Source: PVC group bacterium
GTDB taxonomy: Bacteria > Auribacterota > Erginobacteria > Erginobacterales > Erginobacteraceae
DNA: 44,346 nucleotides
Assembly (NCBI GenBank): GCA_043804695.1
Contig: JAZDIV010000122.1
Span: forward strand, 1 to 44,346
Direction of reading: 5' to 3'
Shown: positions 26,241-34,223 of the stretch, in pieces
Layout: every line of letters begins with the position of its first letter
How positions within the stretch are numbered: the first letter of the stretch is position 1
Translations under genes and position numbers: made by a program
The notes under the pieces: generated by a model
The model's input: the letters and a program-made list of their open reading frames with translations, nothing else
Told to the model about the DNA's origin: nothing
Databases searched by the model: none

Positions 26241-27647
26241 ATGAATAAATATTTCATTATTATATTGTTACTGGCCGGGTCGATTATTATCGTCCAGCCG
26301 GAATATCTTACGGCAGCGCCGGAAGATATTCCGTCCAACATACTCCTGATTTCGGTTGATTCGCTCCGGGCCGATCATCTCGGCTGCTACGGATACCGGC
26401 GCGACACCAGCCCCATCATCGATGATCTGGCTGCTTCCGGGGCGCTCTTCGAGAACACGATCAGCACCACGTCCTGGACCCTCCCCGCCCATATCTCGCT
26501 CCTCACCTCGATGGACATCTCGGTTCACGGAGTGGCCAACGACGGGCTGAGCCTCCATTCCGGCGTCGGGACCATCGCCCAGGAACTGAAAAAGAACGGG
26601 TACGCGACCGCCTGTTTCTGTTCCTCCCCCTACATGAGCCCGGCCTTCGGCTTCGCCCGGGGTTTCGATCTTTACCGCAATCTCGACCTGGAGGATAAAA
26701 AGATTGTAGATACGGTGCTTCCCACTCCCGAGCAGCGGGACGGGGTCCACGGTGATATCACCAGCCCCCGGATCACCGACCTGGCGATCGAATGGATCCG
26801 GAGCCGCCGGGAAGAGCCGTTCTTTCTCTTCCTGCACTTCTGGGACGTCCATTACGACTACATCCCCCCCGCGCCTTATGACCGCCGCTTCGACCCCGAT
26901 TACCGGGGCGACATCGACGGCAGGGATTACTGGCGCAATGAGGACGTAAACCCAAAGATGGCCGCCCGGGACCTGGAACACATCATCGCCCTCTATGACG
27001 GCGAGATCGCCTGGGTCGACCATCACCTGGGACTGATCTTCAGTGAACTGAAAAAACTGGGTCTTTTCGACCGGACCCTGATCATGGTGACCGCCGACCA
27101 CGGCGACGAATTCTTCGAGCACGGCGGAAAGGGGCATCGGAGCACCCTCTTTGATGAGGTCGTCAGAATCCCGTTGATCATTCATTCCCCCGGGGGGAAC
27201 GGGGGTGGGCGGAAAATCCCCGGCCAGGTCAGCATCATCGACATCGCGCCCACCATCCTGGAACTGACCGGTGTGACCGTTCCCGGATGGATGCAGGGTA
27301 TTTCACTGGCCCCGGCCTGCCGGGGAGAGGCGCTGCCCGGCAACCGGCACGCCTTGCTGGAACTGGGAAACATCCTCAAGGCCCTCCGGACGGACACCCG
27401 CAAGCTCCTCTTCAATGCCCTGGCCCTCCATACCATCATCCTCGATCTAGAGAAGGATCCCGGGGAGTCCCAGCAGACACTGGTAACCGATCCTCCGGAA
27501 TGGAACCGGATCAATCGGGCGTTTTATGAACGGATACTGCAGGACCAGGAACTGGCCCGGAAGTACCGGGGAGGGGAGACCGGGGCGCCGGTTAAACTGG
27601 ATGCCGAACAGGTCAAAAAACTGCGGGACCTGGGATATCTGCAGTAG
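26241..27647 (+). CDS. Sulfatase-fold hydrolase/transferase, secreted; tandem paralogue of 24681
   Basis: Signal peptide; ISVDSLRADHLG, SWTLPAHISLLT, ADHGDEF.EHG..GH, LRDLGY. Confidence 0.88.
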   Translation: MNKYFIIILLLAGSIIIVQPEYLTAAPEDIPSNILLISVDSLRADHLGCYGYRRDTSPIIDDLAASGALFENTISTTSWTLPAHISLLTSMDISVHGVANDGLSLHSGVGTIAQELKKNGYATACFCSSPYMSPAFGFARGFDLYRNLDLEDKKIVDTVLPTPEQRDGVHGDITSPRITDLAIEWIRSRREEPFFLFLHFWDVHYDYIPPAPYDRRFDPDYRGDIDGRDYWRNEDVNPKMAARDLEHIIALYDGEIAWVDHHLGLIFSELKKLGLFDRTLIMVTADHGDEFFEHGGKGHRSTLFDEVVRIPLIIHSPGGNGGGRKIPGQVSIIDIAPTILELTGVTVPGWMQGISLAPACRGEALPGNRHALLELGNILKALRTDTRKLLFNALALHTIILDLEKDPGESQQTLVTDPPEWNRINRAFYERILQDQELARKYRGGETGAPVKLDAEQVKKLRDLGYLQ

Positions 27648-27706
27648 CACGAAAAGTTGAGCCAGAGGCCGCTTTCTGGCCGATTGGCTCCAACACCTGA
27701 TTGAGT
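27644..27706 (-). other. Degenerate integron attC site
   Basis: Minus strand TTGGAGCCA...GGCCAGAAAGCGGCC...TGGCTCAA inner stem with an extra-helical base; outer R boxes are decayed. Confidence 0.45.
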
Positions 27707-27763
27707 AATCTATTTTTTTCAGTCATGCGGCGGATTATATCCCTGCCGAACATCTGCGAGCAA

Positions 27764-28444
27764 TCACAGCAATATGGCGAAATCCCAACCCATTTCAATC
27801 GCCAACCAATGCGGAAGAAGCATTCTTGACCGAGAGAAGTCCCCGCCGGTGTTTTCGATATGATCCCTGATTGCCCTTGAAAACGGACTGGTCGCCGTCA
27901 CAACGGACGTGAGCACCACCGGAGCGTCTTCTGTAGATTCCGGATCGTTGGCTGCGTAGCAGGATAGGGGATGCGAACAGACAAAATGCGTTCGACACAC
28001 GACTGGCCTCACGGGATAGGCGCTGCATGCGCCATTTACCAGCAGAGGGCAGCAAGGGTCGTAGTTGGGAAGATCTGTCTGCACGTCGATGTTGGCCGAC
28101 GGATATCTGCCCGGCCTGGAATTGTCCCATTCATGCCATTGTTGCGTTCGCACCCTAAGGTCGTTTATCTGGTCTACCGACAATTCCCGCTTGACATATT
28201 GCGCCAAGGTGTGGGCCTCTGCAATGTTCGTAATGATATGATACCGGCAACAGTGACAACAGCCCAATTTACAAGTTGGAATGATGCCATCTTCGCTACG
28301 CAGCCGATCCAGTCGGCAGGCAGTTGCTTCATCCACTGAAGAATATACGCCGTTGACGAAGTTCTCTTGCGGTGCAATTGGGATATCGGCTCCGAATTTC
28401 TCAGGGCCCATACCGAAATTGCCATTCTCGATCAAGTTCATCAT
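27764..28444 (-). CDS. YkgJ-family (CxxCxxCC) cysteine-cluster protein
   Basis: CKLGCCHCC, CPLLVNGACSAYPVRPVVCR; RBS AAGGGAG before ATG 28444. Confidence 0.85.
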   Translation of the reverse strand: MMNLIENGNFGMGPEKFGADIPIAPQENFVNGVYSSVDEATACRLDRLRSEDGIIPTCKLGCCHCCRYHIITNIAEAHTLAQYVKRELSVDQINDLRVRTQQWHEWDNSRPGRYPSANIDVQTDLPNYDPCCPLLVNGACSAYPVRPVVCRTHFVCSHPLSCYAANDPESTEDAPVVLTSVVTATSPFSRAIRDHIENTGGDFSRSRMLLPHWLAIEMGWDFAILL

Positions 28445-28522
28445 TCTCCCTTTTTTCGAAAGGAACTTCCGGCAGACACAAGGCAACAAGTCCGACCGCC
28501 GGGAGCCGCCGGAGTTATTGCC

Positions 28523-28601
28523 GCATAACGTGGTTCTGAGCCTTGATGGGAGCGGAGCGACTCCGAAGGGGGCGGGCGGGCGAAGCAGCACCACGTTGAG
28601 C
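28523..28601 (-). other. Integron attC site
   Basis: Minus strand GCTCAAC GTGGTGCTG...CAGAACCAC GTTATGC. Confidence 0.65.
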
Positions 28602-28616
28602 CGACGCAAAGCGTCG

Positions 28617-28674
28617 GCTCAACGCTTCGCGTCACCGGCGCGGTTTTCGCGTACGATGCACGCGGTGGCTCGCC
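28617..28674 (-). other. Integron attC site (R'' mutated AAC>AGC)
   Basis: Minus strand GGCGAGC...CGCGTGCATCG...CGGTGACGCG...GTTGAGC, 4 bp after the toxin stop. Confidence 0.7.
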
Positions 28675-28678
28675 AGAG

Positions 28679-28942
28679 CTACTCGCAGTGCGTCCACATG
28701 CGGATGACTTTAACTGTTTTGATATCATCCAGCACTTGGTATACGAGACGATGCTGGATGTTGATCCGTCGGGAGCAAGCACCCGCGAGGTCACCGATAA
28801 GTTTTTCGTATGGTGGCGGCGTCTGATAGGGGTTCTTCGCCAAGATCTCGAGAAGACTCTCGGCTTGTGGTTTCAGGCCGGACCGGGCGAGCTTCTTCGC
28901 ATCACGTTTGGCCTGGTTGGTGTAGACAAGAGTCCAGATCAC
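28679..28942 (-). CDS. yoeB: Txe/YoeB-family toxin
   Basis: PPPYEKLIGDLAGACSRRINIQHRLVY...RMWTH; GTG start overlaps the antitoxin TGA. Confidence 0.92.
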   Translation of the reverse strand: MIWTLVYTNQAKRDAKKLARSGLKPQAESLLEILAKNPYQTPPPYEKLIGDLAGACSRRINIQHRLVYQVLDDIKTVKVIRMWTHCE

Positions 28943-29181
28943 CAATCAAGCTCCTGCTTGCATTTCTCCACGGGGGTCTTCAGCCCCCTTACAATAGAGT
29001 TACGCATTTCGGGAATGGATGTGAGATAAAGCGTTTCCTGAATGGCTCGCCAGTCGTCTTCCGCCACCAATACAGCCGAATGACGCTTGCCTGCAATCTG
29101 GATTGGCTCATGCGAGGCCGACACGTCATCCAATAGTGTATAGAGTTGTCTTCGCGCCTCGGTTGCCGTCATACTTGTCAT
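28939..29181 (-). CDS. yefM: Phd/YefM-family antitoxin
   Basis: TATEARRQLYTLLD, AVLV...W.AIQETLYL.SIP.M. Confidence 0.92.
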   Translation of the reverse strand: MTSMTATEARRQLYTLLDDVSASHEPIQIAGKRHSAVLVAEDDWRAIQETLYLTSIPEMRNSIVRGLKTPVEKCKQELDW

Positions 29182-29205
29182 GTCATGATAGCCCCCCATT
29201 TGTAT

Positions 29206-29244
29206 CGCACGTAATAACGTACGTCATTTTTCCCCTGCCGTCAA
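29206..29244 (-). promoter_or_regulatory. Sigma70 promoter and probable autoregulatory operator of the TA cassette
   Basis: TTGACG (29244-29239), 17 bp, TACGTT (29221-29216), overlapping ACGTACGT and ACGT-TATT-ACGT palindromes. Confidence 0.65.
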
Positions 29245-29255
29245 ATCCTTTTTCT

Positions 29256-29319
29256 GGCGAACGTGCCGCCTGAACCTCGGCGCAGCTTCGCGCCGGAGCG
29301 TTCCAGGCGGATGTTCGGC
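29256..29319 (-). other. Integron attC site
   Basis: Minus strand GCCGAAC ATCCGCCTGGAAC...GTTCAGGCGG CAC GTTCGCC; 64 bp with an extra-helical G in L''. Confidence 0.8.
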
Positions 29320-29379
29320 GGGTATCCGGTCTTTGCTTCCGTCACTCGCACTTGAAACCCTTGAAACCGTTTTCTCTTG

Positions 29380-30516
29380 TCATGACCGCTTGGCGAGGGA
29401 ATCCTCCAACAGCGACAAGGCAGGATATGCGGCGTTGTAATGCTTGTGAAGGAACAAGGGAACGCGTTTCTTGTACAGCCGTTCGGCAACCCGGTCTGCG
29501 ATCGGCATAAGTATCCTTTCGTATTGGCAGAGGACAGGTGAAACCTCGTTGACGCAACCGGTTGTTTGCCAGTTCAGACACCCGCACGAGTTGTTGCATC
29601 GACTTCGGATGGCACACGTCTTGCAGACCCGTTTGTCGCTTTGGGACTCGCGCCGCAACGACTGCCTACGCTCTTCGTTCAAGCCCGTGTGCACAGACCC
29701 GATGCACCACGGACTGCCCGCCCCGGCTCTGACGAATTGGACGCAAGGGAACAGGAATCCTGCCGCGTCCACGGACAACTGCCTTGCCCCCAGTTCACAC
29801 CTCTCCTTCTGGAAGGAGTGGCTGTTCACGTGGGAGGATATCTTCACTTCAAACGGGCTCAAATAGAATTTCCGCCCATCCTGTGTCCAGCGGGCATAGA
29901 GATCGCCAAGGTCCTCCAACTGACGTCGAAGCACCGCGAAGTCCGATTCCAACCAGGGGGCGGCATAGTTCAGAGACGCGATAATGTATCGGCACCTCAA
30001 CCCAACGAGAAAAGATACCGAATCACAGAGGTGCCTGGCCGTGTCGGGATTCACCACCATGAGCACGCTCGAATAAGGTCTTGCCGCCAGAAGCATCTCC
30101 AGGCGCGGGCGCAAGTAATCAAAAGTCGGCTCTCCATTGGAGAACCGGCGGTGCCGATCGTGAGCTTCCCGGATTCCGTCCAGGCTCATGGCGATGAGCA
30201 CGTTGTTGCGGATGGCAAAATCGAGGAACTCGGGGTCCAGCAGCACTCCGTTGGTAGTAACCTTGAAATGAAAACGTCCCGCGCAGTCGCGCTCCAGCTG
30301 ACGCCCGTAGTCCACGGTCTCGACAATCAAATCCTTGCAGAGCAGAGGTTCTCCGCCGAAGAAGACGACTCCGCACGATCCTCTGGTCAGCCGGGATCCC
30401 AACAGCAAGGCCTGGCAGGCGACATCCATGGACATGGCGGAGCTGTCATGGGGAGGCGAGTAGCAGTAGGAGCACTACATATTGCAGCCCGTGGTGAGGT
30501 GCAGCGTAAGATGCAT
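29380..30516 (-). pseudogene. Radical SAM/SPASM maturase-type gene interrupted by an in-frame TAG at codon 14
   Basis: ATG 30516 reads MHLTLHLTTGCNM*CSYCY and continues in frame into FFGGEPLL, TTNG, SLDG, HDRHR and SPASM cysteines (C...G.LFPC, CKTC...CNNSCGC). Confidence 0.8.
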
Positions 30517-30518
30517 GC

Positions 30519-31328
30519 TCAGATGGCCCCCTGCCCCTTCAGCCAGTCAATGAAGCCCTGCACCTGCTGCCGAAGCAGGCGCTTCGCTTCGGCCCCTCCC
30601 TGGATCTTTGCCGCTTCCCAGCGCTTCTTCCCGGCCTGCTCCGCCCGAAGGGATTCCCAGTTCATCGGCACGGCGGGATCATAGAAGGTTCCGAAGTAGA
30701 TGCCGTTGCCCTTCTGGCCGACCGCCTTGGCTACGCCCCCGGCGACCTGCTTGAAATCGTAGTCCTGGACAGTTGAAGCCGACATGGCCCCGCCGAGTTT
30801 GAAATAGTCCGACTTTGATACAAACTCCACGCCGATGCGGTGTCTGTCGTCCTTAATGTCAACGCTCAGGGGTTCTGTCCCTGGAATCTCTTCAACCTTC
30901 TCCTCTAACTTGCCTTCCACTTGCTGATATGTCTTTATTCGTTGAGGAATGGTGACTCCTTCCAAGACGACGTCAGTTCCCGTTACCTCTACTCCGGCGT
31001 TGGTCAGTTCCTCTACGATGACCTGAAGGGCTTCTTCTTCGGAGAGGAAGACGGGAGGTGACACGACAACACAGCCAGTTGCGCCGCGGCCCTCACCATA
31101 TTCGAAAATCGGGGCGACAACGGCGGCCCGGGAGGAGGTCGACAATTCTTTCTCGCCTGCGTTGACGCAGGTGTTGGCCGCAAGAAAAATGGCCACCGCC
31201 CCCGCCAACTCCGGCGTAGAGAGCCAGTTGGCGGGGATATGCTTTTCCAGAAGGTTGGGGTCGGCAAGGACCTGGAGTCTGGTGGGATAAGCTGGTATTC
31301 CGTATCGTCTGACTGGTTTGGGTTTCAT
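30519..31328 (-). CDS. Uncharacterised, probably exported protein; partner of the radical SAM gene
   Basis: AAGGAG RBS; ends 2 bp before the rSAM ATG; hydrophobic segment LAGAVAIFLAA; GEGRGATGCVVVSPPVFLSEEEA motif. Confidence 0.8.
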   Translation of the reverse strand: MKPKPVRRYGIPAYPTRLQVLADPNLLEKHIPANWLSTPELAGAVAIFLAANTCVNAGEKELSTSSRAAVVAPIFEYGEGRGATGCVVVSPPVFLSEEEALQVIVEELTNAGVEVTGTDVVLEGVTIPQRIKTYQQVEGKLEEKVEEIPGTEPLSVDIKDDRHRIGVEFVSKSDYFKLGGAMSASTVQDYDFKQVAGGVAKAVGQKGNGIYFGTFYDPAVPMNWESLRAEQAGKKRWEAAKIQGGAEAKRLLRQQVQGFIDWLKGQGAI

Positions 31329-31349
31329 CGCCGGTTCTCCTTTCCGTAA

Positions 31350-31390
31350 GTCGAACGCTACGCTGAGCTGCGGTGTGAAACCGCGAACCG
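31350..31390 (-). other. Right half of a truncated attC site
   Basis: Minus strand GCGGTTTCACACCGC AGCTCAGCG TAGC GTTCGAC; left L''/R'' arm not found. Confidence 0.5.
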
Positions 31391-31403
31391 CATCTATACG
31401 CCT

Positions 31404-31438
31404 TTTTTGATTTAATCAAAAAGATTCCCACAGGTCAA
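31404..31438 (-). promoter_or_regulatory. Candidate promoter with overlapping palindromic operator at the head of the cassette array
   Basis: TTGACC-17 bp-TTAAAT; perfect palindrome TTTTTGATT-T-AATCAAAAA at 31404-31422. Confidence 0.4.
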
Positions 31439-31611
31439 GACAAATTTTTTCGGGTGTTGGCCCTGGTTTTGACAGAAGACAAGGGGGCAAGTTTACTCTT
31501 TACTCATGTTTTGACGGGCATTTCATCTGAACAGGCCAGTGCTGTCACCTGGGAATGCCGATGAGTGAATAAGAAACGTCGGTTATCCAGATACGTCTCG
31601 ATCAATTTGCT

Positions 31612-31637
31612 ATCGGGGTTAGAAACCCCTCCCACAA
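31612..31637. repeat. REP-like hairpin (second copy, inverted, at 39493-39518)
   Basis: Minus strand TTGTGGGAGGGGTTTCTAACCCCGAT vs TTGTGGAAGGGGTTTTTAACCCCGAT. Confidence 0.6.
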
Positions 31638-32049
31638 TTCCCCTGCCGGGACGGCGGCGCTGAGGAGATGGACTTCTTTCGCCGTTATCTCCTCCCCCAG
31701 CAGGTGATTAAGGCAGGTCTTGATGACCCGGCAGCCGAGGCGGTGCTCGATCAGGACCGCCTTCTCCGGGGAACGAGATTCGGCCATCCGGCGGCAGATT
31801 TTATTATAGTGGCATTTCTTCTTTTTCCGGTGTATATATGAATCCCTGTTTCAGAATTTCAATGGTACTACTTTTTCTCTGAAAAAAAATAGATGGATGG
31901 ATCTATATCGTATGCCAATGGTGGGAAATGTCGGCTGGGTTGAGTGATTTTTTCTGCGGCGTTGCCCTCTGGGAAGAATTGTCGTTTAATTAACCGCCCC
32001 GCCGAAGCCGGGGCCGCTGCAATTTTGCGAGCGAAGCGAGCTGAATGAT

Positions 32050-33015
32050 ATGAAAGAAGACATCGAACTGAGAGATTACCTGGCGATCCTTAACCGGAGG
32101 AAGCGGTTTATTATCGGGGGGACCCTGGCCTGCCTGGCCCTGGCGGCTCTGATCAGCCTCCTCCTCCCCCGGATCTACCAGGCGTCCCTGATTATCCAGG
32201 TGGGGAAAATCTACCTCCCTCCCCAGCGCGAAGGGGGACGGCAGGAGGTGGAGTTCCTGGAAGAGCCGGAAGCGGCCGGCGAGGTGATCGCGAGTGAGGC
32301 GGTTCTCGACCGGGTCCGCGATCGGCTGGGCCTCGACGTCACGCTGGTGGACCTCAAAGACGAACTGAGCGTCAGCACCTTCATGGAAAACGTCTCCCCC
32401 ACCAAGCTTGGCAACCCCCTGGTCACGATCACCTGCCAGGACCGCTCGCCCCAAACAGCGGTGGATATCCTCAACCTTCTGGCGGAGATCATCATCGAGG
32501 AGCAGAATCGGAAGTATTTCGACAATCTTCAAGCCTACCAGGAGAGAATAACCAACCTGAACCAATCGATCACGGAGATGGATGCGGTAATCGAAAACCA
32601 GCAGAAAATGAGAACCGAGCTCCAGGCTCAGATCATCGCGGCCGCGGAAAAAACCCGCGAATACGATCAAAAACTGGCTGCCCTCGACACCTCCCGGATC
32701 CTGCCGGTGGAAGTGCTCTTCATCGGTTCCTACTCCTCCAACCAGGACCGGACGGTCTCGATGTTCTCCGAGTCGATCGTGACGATCGACTACAACATCG
32801 CCGCCAACCTGGAGAAGATCGGGGAGTTCCGGGACCAGATCGCCGTTTTGAAAAACCTGATCAGCCTCTGCAATAAGACAGAGGTGCGGAGCAAGGCGGT
32901 CCTCCCCCGGAAGTCCATCAAGCCCCGGATCGGGTTCAACATAGCGATCGGCAGTTTTATCGGGCTGGTCCTGACCGTGGTGATCGCTTTCTCGGGGGAG
33001 GGGGACAGGAAATGA
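32050..33015 (+). CDS. wzz: Wzz-family polysaccharide co-polymerase/chain-length determinant
   Basis: EDIELRDYLAILNRRKRFI, TM1, P.IYQAS, coiled coil, P...IKP followed by a Gly-rich TM2. Confidence 0.85.
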   Translation: MKEDIELRDYLAILNRRKRFIIGGTLACLALAALISLLLPRIYQASLIIQVGKIYLPPQREGGRQEVEFLEEPEAAGEVIASEAVLDRVRDRLGLDVTLVDLKDELSVSTFMENVSPTKLGNPLVTITCQDRSPQTAVDILNLLAEIIIEEQNRKYFDNLQAYQERITNLNQSITEMDAVIENQQKMRTELQAQIIAAAEKTREYDQKLAALDTSRILPVEVLFIGSYSSNQDRTVSMFSESIVTIDYNIAANLEKIGEFRDQIAVLKNLISLCNKTEVRSKAVLPRKSIKPRIGFNIAIGSFIGLVLTVVIAFSGEGDRK

Positions 33016-33132
33016 CCGCATCCGGATGACGACGCCGGATCGGTCCCGGTCATCCGGGCATCGTTCAATGTCTGACAAACATCCCGGTGGCGGCGCCGGG
33101 AATGAGTAAAATCAATTCTCCGGGGTTCTCCC

Positions 33133-33639
33133 TCAGCCGCCGGCCTTCTCTTTTACCCATGCGTCCAGATAGCTGATCAGGCGATCCCGGCTCTGGTCGG
33201 ATGAGGTCAGCCTGCCCACCCGTTCCACCGGTGCCGGGGTGGCAGTGATCGCCTCCTTTAAATCCCGGTTGTTGAGGGGATAAACGACCAAGTTGTTGGC
33301 GGCCAGGTGGCTGGCAAAGATCACCTGGTGGTTGTCAACCGTCTCCGCGTACTCTTCCCGGCGGGGAATGACGATCGGTTTCTTCCCGTTGACCAGGGAA
33401 ATTAGGATCGTTCCCACCCCGGCATGGCAGATGACGATATTCGCCTTTTTAATCCGTTCCTCCATGCCGTGGAAATCGATGTAGTCGACGGATTCGCCGG
33501 TCCGGGGCCGGTAACTGGAGCATCCGACCTGGAAAAAGATTTCCTCCCTGGGGATGGAGAGATCTTCCAGGGCCCGGTCCACCCAGCGCAGCATCCGGTT
33601 GAACTGGAACTCGCTGGCTCCGATCGTCACGAAGATCAT
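33133..33639 (-). CDS. pssE: PssE/Cps14G (Alg13-like) glycosyltransferase subunit
   Basis: MIFVTIG...QFNRM, HAGVGTI, PR...E.VDNHQ; overlaps the pssD stop (ATGA). Confidence 0.88.
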   Translation of the reverse strand: MIFVTIGASEFQFNRMLRWVDRALEDLSIPREEIFFQVGCSSYRPRTGESVDYIDFHGMEERIKKANIVICHAGVGTILISLVNGKKPIVIPRREEYAETVDNHQVIFASHLAANNLVVYPLNNRDLKEAITATPAPVERVGRLTSSDQSRDRLISYLDAWVKEKAGG

Positions 33640-34088
33640 ACCACCGTCCCCCTGAAAACGACCCTGGGATAGGTCAGGGTCAAATGCTCCCACTGTACCA
33701 GAAATAGATCGACCAGCGGATACACCAGGCGTCCGCTGAGAGAGAGGTTGGTGATCCGGGTCAACGATTCCAAATAGACAGTCCGTATCCCCAGGAGGCG
33801 GGCGGCGTAGATGAAAGAAACCCCCACCCCCGCCCCGGTGGAGATGAGTACGTCCGGCCGCTCCCGCCGCAGGATTCTGAGGGCCAGCCAGAGGTTCCGG
33901 AAAAAATTTTTAATGCTTCGGTTTGTCGGATGATACGCCCAGAAAACACGCTCGTCGCAGAGCAGATAACGGGCATCCTCGGTGTCGAAGGAGACCCAGA
34001 ATCGAGAACGGGGGCGGTAGAAGTTCTTCAGCGAGAAGAGTTCGTACAGGTGTCCCCCCGACGACGCTACCAGGGCGATTTTAGCCAT
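33636..34088 (-). CDS. pssD: PssD/Cps14F (Alg14-like) glycosyltransferase subunit
   Basis: LVASSGGHL.EL, PDVLISTGAGV, YLES..R....SLSG, VQW. Confidence 0.9.
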   Translation of the reverse strand: MAKIALVASSGGHLYELFSLKNFYRPRSRFWVSFDTEDARYLLCDERVFWAYHPTNRSIKNFFRNLWLALRILRRERPDVLISTGAGVGVSFIYAARLLGIRTVYLESLTRITNLSLSGRLVYPLVDLFLVQWEHLTLTYPRVVFRGTVV

Positions 34089-34223
34089 GCACCACTTTTC
34101 CTTCCCGGAAGAGGTTATAATACTGCATGATACCGGGGATAAAAGGTCTCGACCCGGAATGATTGTATCGAATCGGCGATCTTTTTCCAGTGATATTTTC
34201 CGATTAAAGCTTTTCCTGCCCGA

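Larger units (their letters stand above)
27644..31390 (-). mobile_element. Integron gene-cassette array lacking an integrase in the window (CALIN-like)
   Basis: Five attC or attC-remnant sites in one orientation separate co-directional genes. The first bases of three cassettes are complementary to the R'' box of their own attC (exactly in one, one mismatch in two). Includes a TA cassette with its own promoter. Confidence 0.8.

Noticed and set aside
28445..28609. 55-aa N-terminal extension of the YkgJ-family ORF
   Set aside because: It runs through an attC site; a good RBS precedes ATG 28444.
30475..30477. Genome-wide TAG reassignment or selenocysteine
   Set aside because: TAG is the evident stop of several genes here (732, 2550, 16189, 22806, 27647, 28679). 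Selenocysteine uses TGA, and this position is not a Cys ligand.
31602..31787. 61-aa ORF upstream of the cassette array as an integrase remnant
   Set aside because: No tyrosine-recombinase motifs, and its 3' end is a REP-like hairpin. It may be a gene fragment but cannot be assigned.
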